Source: Tubiluchus corallicola
Lineage: Eukaryota > Animalia > Priapulida
DNA: 64,000 nt
Assembly (NCBI GenBank): GCA_030141605.1
Contig: JAQGDQ010000070.1
Location: 1 to 64,000, forward strand
Reading direction: 5' to 3'
How positions within the stretch are numbered: the first letter of the stretch is position 1; each line of letters begins with the position of its first letter. Both the position numbers and the translations under genes were made by a program. The notes beneath the pieces are model-generated. The model had not been told where the DNA came from. It did not search any database and was given only the letters and a program-made list of their open reading frames with translations. Of the stretch, positions 1 to 11,465 are shown in pieces.

Positions 1-1124
1 TCACTGTCTTTGTTTTAAAAAGAGGATTATTTCAAGCTACATGAAGTTAATGTCTACATGTAAATTTTGCTTTTTTTAATTGACGTTATGTAAAGGACTA
101 ACAACAAGCTACGTAATAAAAATCCTAGATGTCGTCTTAACTTTTACATTTTCATGTTACAGGAAAACAGTGAGTTGTACAATGTAAACTTGGTAGATGT
201 AGTTTTGTTACTTAAAAAGTAAAAACAAGTTGTGTAACATAAGTTTAGTGCATGCAGTTTTTGTTTCTCTGTTTTCTGTTTACATAAGATCAATAGTGAC
301 GTAATGTAGTGTAAATTTACTAAATGTGATTTCCATTTTCTTACATTCAATTTACATTCTTACCTGCCATGCTGCATAATTGCCTGATACATACAGTAAC
401 GCAAGTATCTTTTATTTTGTTCATTTTTTTAACTTTAACATGTCTGGCAAGTGCTGGCTGTTCCAACCACTACTTACTCTTTGTTTGTTTGTTTTTGAAT
501 TGTTATTTTGTTAAAAATAGCAATAAAATTTCAATTAAATCCAATTAAATTAAAATTTGTACTGGCTTTATGATGAGAAAAGCTATAGTAAATAATTAAT
601 GAAAGAATATATCAGCTCATTTACTGGAAATTTAACGAAAGTTATATTACTTTCAATTTTGTTTTATTTATACTGATGTTACTTTCTAATAATCTACAAA
701 CATATTGTTGCACGCAGATGTCAGTCACTTTAGAGTATTACAGACATTATGTAAACAAGTCAACAAATTCTACACAAGCGCCCTTTGAATACACGAGATT
801 ACTAAAAGCTGATATCCACGCATGTCCATATTTATTTGTCATTAAAAGGCATTTGCAGAAACTAGACCTAGTTAGAAGCCATTTACTGATACACAACAAT
901 AATGCACATCATTAATGTTATGGTAAACTTAGCTATATAAACCAAGAATCGCCATAATTATTTTTAGTTACGTTCAAAGTGAGAAATGCAGTAATGCTAC
1001 GTTTATATAACTGTGTGGTAACTAATGAGGTTGTGCTCTTGGCAAAGTGATAACAAAAATACAATCTAAAACTGATTGGGAAATACTGAATTTAGAATAC
1101 GAGCAACAAAATCCGACTTGGAAA

Positions 1125-2135
1125 ATGTCACTCGCTATTTTGGTTATATTCACTATAAACTGGATAGCCACACATGGTGGCAGTCAGACAATCATGGAAA
1201 ACTCAACAGACAACAACAAAAATCGATCAGATGGAAATGTATTCACTTGGCAATACCAACATTTTTTTTATGTACTTTACGTTGCGAAACACATTATAGC
1301 AACATTTATTGAACTATCTAATTTGATAGTTATTATAGCTCTTGTGAAGTATAAACACATGGAAGAGTATAACAACTGGTACATATGTAATCTCGCAGTG
1401 GCAGACTTGCTAACAGGAATGTATCTGCATGTTCTTTCATATAAAGTCCACTATCAATATAACACGTTGTCAGAAGGTGAATGCTTACTATTGTATCAGA
1501 TATCCACGATTTTTATTTATGTGTCAATGGCAACATTATTGGCTGTTACAATAGACCGTTTTATTATCATAAAATACCCACTAAGGTACAATCAATTGAT
1601 GAAGAAATGGATAGTTCAGCTTACTATTGTGGTTTTGTGGTTGCACTCACTCGGTCTAAGTACTGTGATATATCTTCAAGACAGCTGGAAGGATAGCTGC
1701 ACGTTTTCGAATAGGAATTTCAATATCCTGAATTTTACATATTGCATAGCCATTACAACAGTTTTGCTGGTTATAAATGCCAACATTATAGGTATTGCTC
1801 GAAAGCACATGCGCCAGATTGAACCAAATGCAGTAAGACCATACAAGCGTAATATAAAATCAGTCAAGATTATTGCTTTAGTTGTTGGTACTTTCATTTT
1901 GTGCTATTTTCCAGCAACTATTGTAAATATCAGGAAGATGTTTGTCGCACAAAATGAAGATGACATTGTTTCATTCCAGGTTATTAACATTTGCGCTCTG
2001 CTGATGTATAGCAATTCATTTTTGAACCCGATAATTTATGCATGGAAAAACAAAGAGCTTCGAAAATCGTTCTATAAAGTGCTTTACTTGGACACCTTGA
2101 AAGAATTCTCAACACGAATATCCACAACCAACTAG
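1125..2135 (+). CDS. Class A (rhodopsin-like) orphan GPCR, array copy 1, single coding exon
   Basis: Seven hydrophobic segments with NLAVADLL (TM2), TM3 Cys, TIDRF, YPLRY, CYFP and SNSFLNPIIY. First ATG is at 1125 (MSLAILVIF...); the ORF-track start at 1047 is GTG. Confidence 0.95.
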   Translation: MSLAILVIFTINWIATHGGSQTIMENSTDNNKNRSDGNVFTWQYQHFFYVLYVAKHIIATFIELSNLIVIIALVKYKHMEEYNNWYICNLAVADLLTGMYLHVLSYKVHYQYNTLSEGECLLLYQISTIFIYVSMATLLAVTIDRFIIIKYPLRYNQLMKKWIVQLTIVVLWLHSLGLSTVIYLQDSWKDSCTFSNRNFNILNFTYCIAITTVLLVINANIIGIARKHMRQIEPNAVRPYKRNIKSVKIIALVVGTFILCYFPATIVNIRKMFVAQNEDDIVSFQVINICALLMYSNSFLNPIIYAWKNKELRKSFYKVLYLDTLKEFSTRISTTN

Positions 2136-3346
2136 TGAGTGATGCCACCACATCTTTCAACTTTATCACACACTTTGTTCAAAAATGCTTATAACTGACA
2201 TGGTTTCCATACAATGAATGATTGCTGCAACAATGTGTCTGTATATAAATATCTGAACTATGTGCACAACTCGTAGATGAATCAGAAAAAATGGACTTAA
2301 CCAACAATCTGAACAACATCAGCAATCTAATCTAATCAAACTATGCAATTTATACAAAATTTAACTTCAAATTGAAAGCCACTTCTATTAACAGATTAAA
2401 CAAAATGAGATCAAGTTTATTTGCAGTCTGCACAAAACAACCAAAGCAAGGGTTCATTTTTTACGTTCATGGTTGGGACAGGAAGTTGGCTCATTATTAA
2501 CGATACTCATCTGCATGAGATACTGAACTGACAAAAGTGTCTTAGCCAAACTGAGATATCTGGATCAAATACCTCGACAAGATGAAGACTAATAGTCTTC
2601 TCATTAGTGATAACTTCATAAAACAATATCGAGTATTAATATAAACTATGTACGTTGGCATCAACAATAACAAGTATTGATTGTCTGCCACTAGATCTAA
2701 CAGCCATTCACAATGGATCTCGCACACAAGTAATATTGATCCAAAGGAATTCTAACAGTTTTCTGTTTGAAACGTAAAATTTTGTAATGGTGCATCTATA
2801 AAAATATTTTTTCCTTACAAATGAAAGCCACTGTTTCAATTCTCAGTACCTTTTCAAACAGCTTCGAGTAAATTGGCCAAGAAACACATACGAGTTCATG
2901 TTTAGTCAGGCAAAAACATGACAATATCACAGCGAGTGTTTCTGATTGTTATAGCGTACAAAGTGCTGGATATAGTTCATAAAATTGATCCTTTTGCAAG
3001 GCACCTCTAAAAGTCAATATTTACCACACGCACGCACGCACGCACACACACACGTATGCACATGTATAAATCTTATTTCCTATTACATGTCACAACCTAG
3101 TTAAACTGTTTGCTAACACGTTTCTTTTATAATGGCCCAGAAATTCACACATTGTGGCAGGTTCGATTACATAAACATCACCAACTTTCAGCCACTTGCA
3201 CTGTTAATAACGAAAAAATACTACATATATATAACCGTGTTGTGATTAATGTATTTCATGCCACTTCACATAAAGGGTAAACGAACACGCAGTTTAAAAA
3301 CTGATTACTAAATACTGAATTGTTGTGTGTACAGGAAACTTGTGAG

Positions 3347-4357
3347 ATGTCAAATATTATTTTGTTTATATTCATTATGAATTGTATAGTCCTACATTGT
3401 GACAGTCAGACAATCATGGAAAACTCAACAGACAACAACAAGAATCGATCAGATGGAAATGTATTCACCCGGCAATACCAACATTTTTTTGATGTAGTTT
3501 ACGTTGCAAAACATATTATAGCAGCATTTATTGAATTATCTAATTTGATAGTTATTATAGCTCTTGTGAAGTATAAACACATGGAAGACTATAACAACTG
3601 GTACATATGTAATCTGGCAGTGGCAGACTTGCTAACAGGATTGTATCTGCATGTTCTTTCATATAAACTTCACTATCAATATAACACGTTGTCAGAAGGT
3701 GAATGCTTACTATTGTATCAGATTTCCACGATTTTTATTTATGTGTCAACGGCAACATTATTGGCTGTTACAATAGACCGTTTTATTGTGATAAAATACC
3801 CACTAAGGTACAATCAACTGATGAAAAAATGGATAGTTCAGCTTACTATTGTGGTTTTGTGGTTGCACTCACTCGGTCTAAGTGCCATGATATATCTTCA
3901 AGACAGCTGGAAGGATAGCTGTGCATTTTTGAATCGGCACTTCATTATCCTGAATTTTATATATTGCATAATCATTACAACACTTTTGCTGGTTATAAAT
4001 GCCAACATTATATGTATTGCTCGTAAGCACATGCGCCAGATTGAACCAAATACAGCAAGACCATACAAGCGTAATATAAAATCAGTCAAGATTATTGCTT
4101 TAGTTGTTGGTACTTTCATTTTGTGCTATTTTCCAGCAACTATCGTAAATATGAGGAAGATGTTTGTCACACAAAATGAAGATGACATTGTATCAATCCA
4201 GGCTGTTAACATTTGCACTCTGCTGATGTATAGCAATTCATTTTTGAACCCGATAATTTATGCATGGAAAAACAAAGAGCTTCGAAAATCGTTCTATAAA
4301 GTGCTTTACTTGGACACCTTGAAAGAATTCTCAACACGAATATCCACAACCACGTAG
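3347..4357 (+). CDS. Class A orphan GPCR, array copy 2
   Basis: Same motifs (LAVAD, DRF, CYFP, NPIIY). First ATG at 3347 (MSNIILFIF...). Confidence 0.95.
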   Translation: MSNIILFIFIMNCIVLHCDSQTIMENSTDNNKNRSDGNVFTRQYQHFFDVVYVAKHIIAAFIELSNLIVIIALVKYKHMEDYNNWYICNLAVADLLTGLYLHVLSYKLHYQYNTLSEGECLLLYQISTIFIYVSTATLLAVTIDRFIVIKYPLRYNQLMKKWIVQLTIVVLWLHSLGLSAMIYLQDSWKDSCAFLNRHFIILNFIYCIIITTLLLVINANIICIARKHMRQIEPNTARPYKRNIKSVKIIALVVGTFILCYFPATIVNMRKMFVTQNEDDIVSIQAVNICTLLMYSNSFLNPIIYAWKNKELRKSFYKVLYLDTLKEFSTRISTTT

Positions 4358-5662
4358 TGAGTGATGCCACCACATCTTTCAACTTTATCACACATTTTGT
4401 TCAAAAATGCTTATAACTGACATGGTTTCCATACAATGCAAGATCGCTGCAACAATGTGTCTGTTTATAAATATCTGTACTATGTGCACAACTCGTAGAT
4501 GAATCAGAAAAAATGGACTTAACCAAGAATCTGAACAACATCAGCAATCTAATCAAATCAAACTTTGCAATTTATACAAAATTTAACTTCAAATTGAAAG
4601 CCAATTCTATTAACAGATTAAACAAAATGGGAGATCAAGTTTATTTGCAGCCTGCGCAAAACATCCAAAGCAAGGGTTCATTTATTATGTTCATGGTTGG
4701 GACAGGAAGTTGGCTCATTATTAACGATACTCATCTGCATGAGATACTGAACTGACAAAAGTGTCTTAGCCAAGCTGAGATATCTGGATCAAATACCTCG
4801 ACAAGATAAAAACTAAGAGTCTTCTCATTAACACTACTCATTAGTGATAACTTCATAAAACAACACCGAGTATTAATATAAACTAAGTATGTTGGCGTGA
4901 ACAATAACAAGTATTGATTGTCTGCCACTAGATCTAACACCCATTCACAATGGATCTCGCACACAAGTAATATTGATCCAAAAGAATTCTATCAGTTTTC
5001 TGTTTGAAATGCAATTTTTACTGGTGCATATACAAAAATATTTTTTCCTTACAAATGAAAGCCACTGTTTCAATTCTCAGTACCTTTTCAAACAGCTTCG
5101 AGTAAATTGGCCATGAAACACATACGAGTTCATGTTGAATCATGTTTAGTCAGGCAAAAAAATGACAATATCTCAGCCAGTGTTTCTGATTGTTATAGCA
5201 TACAAAGTGCTGGATATAGTTTATAAAACTGATCAGGAAAGTGAGCTGATCAAGCATCAAGTAAATGTATGAAAACAAAACAAGTAAAGCTACATGGGTC
5301 CTTTTCACAAGGCACCACTAAAAGTCAACATTTACCACACACGCACGCATGCACGCACACACACACACGTATGCACATGTATAAATCCTATTTCTATTAC
5401 ATGTCACAACCTAGTTAAACTGTTTGCTAACACGTTTCTTTTATAATGGCCCAGCAATTCACACATTGTGGCAGGTTCGATTACATAAACATCACCAACT
5501 TTCAGCCACTTGCACTGTTAATACCAAAACAATACTACATATATATATAACCGTGTTGTGATTAATGTATTTCATGCCACTTCACATAAAGGGTAAACGA
5601 ACACACAGTTTAAAAACTGATTACAAAATACTGCATTGTTGTGTGTACAGGAAACTTGTAAG

Positions 5663-6676
5663 ATGTCAAATATTATTTTGTTTATATTCATTATGAATTG
5701 TATAGTCCTACATTGTGACAGTCAGACAATCATGGAAAACTCAACAGACAACAACAAGAATCGATCAGATGGAAATGTATTCACCCAGCAATACCAATAT
5801 TTTTTTGATGTAGTTTACGTTGCGAAACATATTATAGCAGCATTTATTGAATTATCTAATTTGATAGTTATTATAGCTCTTGTGAAGTATAAACACATGG
5901 AAGATTATAACAACTGGTACATATGTAATCTCGCAGTGGCAGACTTGTTAATAGGACTGTATCTGCACGTTCTTTCATATGAACTCCACTATCAATATAA
6001 CACGTTGTCAGACGGTGAATGTTTACTATTGTATCAGATTTCCACGGTTCTTAGTTATGTGTCAGTGGCAACATTATTGGCTGTTACAATAAACCGTTTT
6101 ATTGTCATAAAATACCCACTGAGGTACAATCAACTGATGAAAAAGTGGATAGTTCAGCTTACTATTGTGGTTTTGTGGTTGCATTCACTTGGTCTAAGTA
6201 CTATGATATATCTTCAAGACAGCTGGAAGGATAGCTGCTCATCTTCAAATCGGAATTTTATTATCCTGGATTTTATATATTGCATAATTATTACAACAGT
6301 TTTGCTGGTTATAAATGCCAACATTATATGTATTGCTCAAAGGCACATGCGCCAGATTGAACCAAATGCAGCAAGATCATACAAGCATAATGTGAAATCA
6401 GTAAAGATTCTTGCTTTAGTTGTTGGTACTTTCATTTTGTGCTATTTTCCAGTAACTATCGTAAATATCAGGAAGATGTTTGTCGCACAAAATGAAGATG
6501 ACATTGTATCAATCCAGGCTACTAACATCTGCCTTCTGCTGATGTACAGCAATTCATTTATGAACCCGATAATTTATGCATGGAAAAATAAAGAACTTCG
6601 AAAATCGTTCCGAAAAGTGCTTTGCTTCGACATCTTGAAAGAACACTCAATACGAGTTTTTACAAACAATCAGTGA
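5663..6676 (+). CDS. Class A orphan GPCR, array copy 3 (DRF changed to NRF)
   Basis: Intact ORF with 7TM motifs; TINRF replaces TIDRF. First ATG at 5663. Confidence 0.93.
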   Translation: MSNIILFIFIMNCIVLHCDSQTIMENSTDNNKNRSDGNVFTQQYQYFFDVVYVAKHIIAAFIELSNLIVIIALVKYKHMEDYNNWYICNLAVADLLIGLYLHVLSYELHYQYNTLSDGECLLLYQISTVLSYVSVATLLAVTINRFIVIKYPLRYNQLMKKWIVQLTIVVLWLHSLGLSTMIYLQDSWKDSCSSSNRNFIILDFIYCIIITTVLLVINANIICIAQRHMRQIEPNAARSYKHNVKSVKILALVVGTFILCYFPVTIVNIRKMFVAQNEDDIVSIQATNICLLLMYSNSFMNPIIYAWKNKELRKSFRKVLCFDILKEHSIRVFTNNQ

Positions 6677-7044
6677 GTTACACCATCATATCATGGTTGC
6701 CATACAATGCATGACTGCAGTAACAATGAGTCTGTTTGTAAATGTCTACATTATGTGCATCAAACATACATGCATCAGAAGAACTGGATGTAACCAACGA
6801 TCCAAACGTCATCATCAGCGATAAATTAAGATTAATCAAGATTGAGAAATACTAAATTGTTTGATGTAAGCCGTGTCTTCATTTCATTGTCTTCAGTTTA
6901 TGGAAAGCACTAACAGATGAGCTGCATCTGATAATAAAGCAAATTCACTAAAACTTTTCATTTCTTTGTTTCTATTGTACAAAAAGGATTAAATGTGAGC
7001 TTCATAACGTAAGCTTGTTAAGTGTAATGCTTATTGCTTTACAG

Positions 7045-7262
7045 CAAGATTATTGCTTTAATTGTCAGCACTTTCATTTTGTGCTATTTTCCAGTAACTA
7101 TCATAAATATGAGGAAGATGTTTGTCACACAAAATGAAGATGACAGTATTCATTTTCTGTCAATGAACAATGTCATAAAACAAAGAGCTTCCGAAATCGT
7201 TCTATAAAGTGCTTTATTTGGACATTTCGAAAAAAATTCTTCAGGAGGAATTCTAATGACTA
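7045..7262 (+). pseudogene. 5'-truncated GPCR remnant (TM6 to C-terminus) with internal deletion and frameshifts
   Basis: aagattattgctttaattgtcagcactttcattttgtgctattttccagtaactatc... reads KIIALIVSTFILCYFPVTI. TM7 is largely lost. The end ttcaggaggaattctaatgactag matches the copy 5 terminus. Confidence 0.9.
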
Positions 7263-8767
7263 GTATGCTATTGCACGACGTCTTTCTGCTTTAACACCAC
7301 TTTCTTCAATAATGCACGTAAGCAGTTGGAATGGTTCCAAATAATGCAAAAATTCTTGTAACAATGTTGCTGTTTGCCAATATCTGCATCATTTGCAAAC
7401 CTCGCACCTGCATTAGAAAAGTCAGATGTAACCACCAATCTGACCATCGTCATCAACCAAGTTTATGGAAAAGAGAATGAACTAATAGCAAGCAGTATCA
7501 GCTAGTAATGTAAATTCACAAGATGCCTGATTGAATTTTGTCTTTGTTTTATGGAAAGGACTAACAGCATGCTGTACATATATTAGGTGAAGTTTTGATT
7601 TTCTTGATTTAATTCAATGAAATAAAAGAATTAATGACAGGCTGCAAAAAAGGGTATAGCTTTCATTTCATTGTCTTTGTTTAAAAAAAAGGATTAATTC
7701 AAGCTACATAAAGTTAATGTCTAAATGTAAATTTTGCTTTTTTCCATTGATGTTATGTAAAGGACTAACAACAAGCTGCGTAATATAAATCCTAGATGTC
7801 TTCTTAACTTTTACATTTTCATGTTGCAGGAAAACAGTGAGTTGGACAATGTAAACTTGGTAGATGTAGTTTTTGTTCCTTAAAAAGTAAAAACAAGTTG
7901 TGTAACATAAGTTTATGGGATACAGCTTTTGTTTCTCTGTTTTCTGTTTACATAAGATCAATAGTGACGTAATATAGTGTAAATTTACTAAATGTAATTT
8001 CCATTTTCTTACATTCAATTTACATTCTTACCTGCCATGCTGCATAATTGCCTGATACATACAGTAATGCAAGTACCTTTTATTTTGTTTATTTTTTTAA
8101 CTTTAATATGTCTTGCAAGTGCTGGCTGTTCCAACCACTACTTACTTTTTGTTTGTTTGTTAGTGAATTGTTATTTCGTTAAAAATAGCAATAAAATTTC
8201 AATTAAATCCAATTAAATTAAAATGTGGACTGGCTTTATGATGAGAAAAGCTATAGTAAATAATTAATGAAAGAATATATCAGCTCATTTACTGGAAATT
8301 TAACCAAAGTGATATTACTTTAATTTTTGTTTTATTATACTGATGTTACTTTCTAATAATCTACAAACATATTGTTGCACGCAGATGCCACTCACTTTAG
8401 AGTATTGCAAACAAGTAAACAAATTCTACACAAGCGTCCTTTTCGATTCACAAGATCACTAACAGCTAACATCCACGCATGTGCATATTTATTTGCCGTT
8501 AAAAGGCAGAAACTAGACCTAGCTAGAGGCCATTTAGTGACACACTGGGCTCAAGAATAAAGCACATAATTAACGTTATGGTAAATTAGCTACATAAGCA
8601 CCACCAATTCTTCACCTTCAAAGTGAGAAATGCAGTCAGGCTACGTTTATAAAACTGTGTCGTAACTATTGTAGTTGTGCTCTTGGCAAAGAGATAACAA
8701 AAATATAATCTGAAAACTGATTGTAGAATACTCTACGTTGCATGAACAACAAACTCCGACTTGGAAG

Positions 8768-9781
8768 ATGTCACTCGCTATTTTGCTTATATTCACTATA
8801 AACTGGCTAGCCATACATGGTGACAGTCAGACAATCATAGAAAATTCAACATACAACAACGCGAATCGATCAGATGGACACATATCCACTTGGCAACACC
8901 AATATTTTTTTGATGTAGTTTACATTGTGAACCATATCATAGCAGCAGTTACTGAACTATCTAATTTAATAGTTATTATAGCCCTTGTGAAGTACAAACA
9001 CATGGAAGAGTATAACAACTGGTACATATGTAACCTCACAGTGGCAGACTTGTTAACAGGATTGAGCCTGCACGTTCTGTCATATAAACTCCACTGTCAA
9101 TATAACACGTTGTCAGAGGGTGAATGTTTACTATTGTATCAGATTTCCATCGTTTTTAGTTACGTGTCAGTGGCAACATTATTGGCTGTTACAATAGACC
9201 GTTTTATTGTCATAAAATACCCACTAAGATACAATCAACTGATGAAAAAATGGATAGTTCAGCTTACTATTGTGGTTTTGTGGTTGCACTCACTTGGTCT
9301 AAGTGCCATGATATATCTCAAAGACAGCTGGAAGAATAGCTGCGCATTTCCAAATCGGAACTTTATTATCATGCATTTTATATATTGTGTAATCATTACA
9401 GCAGTTTTGTTGGTTATAAATGCTAACATTATATATATTGCTCGAAGACACATGCGCCAGATTGAACCAAATGCAGCAAGATCATACAAACATAATGTGA
9501 AATCAGTAAAGATTATTGCTTTAGTTGTTGGTACTTTCATTTTGTGCTATTTTCCAGTAACTATCATATATATCAGGAAGATGTTTGTTGCACAAAATGA
9601 AGATGACATTGTTTCATTCCAGGCTCGTAGCATTTGCATTATGCTGATGTATAGCAATTCATTTATGAACCCGATAATTTATGCATGGAAAAACAAAGAG
9701 CTTCGAAAGTCGTTCTATAAAGTGCTTTGCTTGGACATCTTGAAAGAACACTCAATACGAATTTTCACAACCAATCAGTGA
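8768..9781 (+). CDS. Class A orphan GPCR, array copy 4
   Basis: Intact ORF with NLTVADLL, DRF, CYFP and NPIIY. First ATG at 8768 (MSLAILLIF...). Confidence 0.95.
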   Translation: MSLAILLIFTINWLAIHGDSQTIIENSTYNNANRSDGHISTWQHQYFFDVVYIVNHIIAAVTELSNLIVIIALVKYKHMEEYNNWYICNLTVADLLTGLSLHVLSYKLHCQYNTLSEGECLLLYQISIVFSYVSVATLLAVTIDRFIVIKYPLRYNQLMKKWIVQLTIVVLWLHSLGLSAMIYLKDSWKNSCAFPNRNFIIMHFIYCVIITAVLLVINANIIYIARRHMRQIEPNAARSYKHNVKSVKIIALVVGTFILCYFPVTIIYIRKMFVAQNEDDIVSFQARSICIMLMYSNSFMNPIIYAWKNKELRKSFYKVLCLDILKEHSIRIFTTNQ

Positions 9782-11465
9782 GTTACGCCATCATATCGTT
9801 CAATTTCATCATGCATTTTGTTCAAAAATATACGGTATGACTATGTAAACGTCGTGGTTGCCATACAATGCATTATTGCAGCAGCAATGAGTCTGTTAGT
9901 AAATGTCTACATCATGTGCATCACTCATACTCAAACATGCATCAGAAAAACTGGATGTAACCAATGATTCGAACATCATTATCATCAATAAACTGAGTTT
10001 AATCAAAATTGTTTGATACTAAATCATGTGATGTACGACGAGTCTTCATTTCTTCAGTTTATGGAAAGTGAGTCGCATCTGATAATAAAGTAAATTTACC
10101 AAAACTAATTATAAATTCTTTGATTTTCTTTTCATGGAATGAACTAACAGTAGGCTGCTAGAATGGATTAGGTGTAGTTTTCATTTCTTTGATTCTGTTG
10201 TATAAAAAGGATTAAATGTGAGCTTCATAACATAAGTTTGTTAAGTGTAATCTAGTCTTGGCCTTTGAAAAGATTTACAGCAGGTTGTGTAATGTAAATT
10301 TGTTAGGCATAACCTTCATTTTCATATCATGAAGGAATTGCATAACGTAAATCTAGCAGATGTAGTTTTTAAGTTTATATTTCGTCAGGTCATCTGAGTT
10401 GGTCACAATTTATCTTTCTAGTAGCCAAACTTTGCTATTTATACAAATCCATTTCTATTAACAGATTAAAGAAAATAAGCGATCAAGAGGTGATGCTTAT
10501 CTGCAGTTAGTGTGAAATATTCAATGATGAAAGGGTTTATTTATTACGTTGATAGTTTGCGGAAGGAATGTAACTCATTATTAAGGATATTCATCTGCAT
10601 GAGATAGTGAAGTGACAAAAATGCCTTAGCTAAATTCAGATGTCCTTGAACAAGGTAAAAACTAATGGTCGTTTTATTAATACTACTCGTTAGTGATAAT
10701 TTTATAAAACAACATGGAGCATTAATATAAATTTTGTATGTTGGCATCAACAAATACAGCTATTGATTGCCTGCCACCAGGTCTAACACGCATTCACACT
10801 GGACCTTGCACACTTGCAACTAATATCGATCCAAATGAATTCTAACACTTTTTTGTTTGAAACGTAACTTTCATTGATGCATCCATAAAAATCTTTTTCC
10901 TTTGAAAGCCACCATTTCAATTCTCGATATATTTTCAAATAGCTGTGAGTAAATTGGCCACAAATCAAACACTAGTTCATGTTGACTTATGCTTAATCGA
11001 TGTCAGCCCATGTTTCTGATTGTTATAGCACACAAAATGCTGGATGGCGTTTATAACAATGATCAGGTAAGTGAGCTGATCAAGCATACAAGTAAATGTA
11101 AGTAAACACGTTAAGTAAACCTACACATGTGTCCTTCTCAATACAAAACACAGCTAAAAGCCGATATTTACACACCGACACACGCACGCATATATATAAA
11201 TATGTTTTCCCATTGTATGTCACAGTCTAGTTAAACTGTTTGTTAACACATTACTTTTTTAATGGTCTAGCAATTACACACATTATAGCAGATTCGGCTA
11301 CATAAACCACACCAATTATCAGCCGCTTCCACTGTTAATGCTCGATTATAAAACCGTGCTCTGACAAACGTATTTTGTGCCATTTCATATAACGGGTAAA
11401 CGAACATACAGTTTAAAAACTGATTACAAACTGCTGTATTGTTGTGTGTACAGGAAACTTGTAAG

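Noticed and set aside
144-350. Repeated minus-strand ORF MNVRKWK... (also 7704-8018)
   Set aside because: Recurs only because the spacer is duplicated. The copies are frameshifted relative to each other and show no protein motif.
1047-1124. ORF-track N-terminal extensions of the GPCRs
   Set aside because: They begin at GTG/TTG codons, which are not normal eukaryotic starts; the first ATG was used instead.
1481-2169. Small overlapping and antisense ORFs recurring within GPCR copies
   Set aside because: Shadow frames of duplicated coding sequence.
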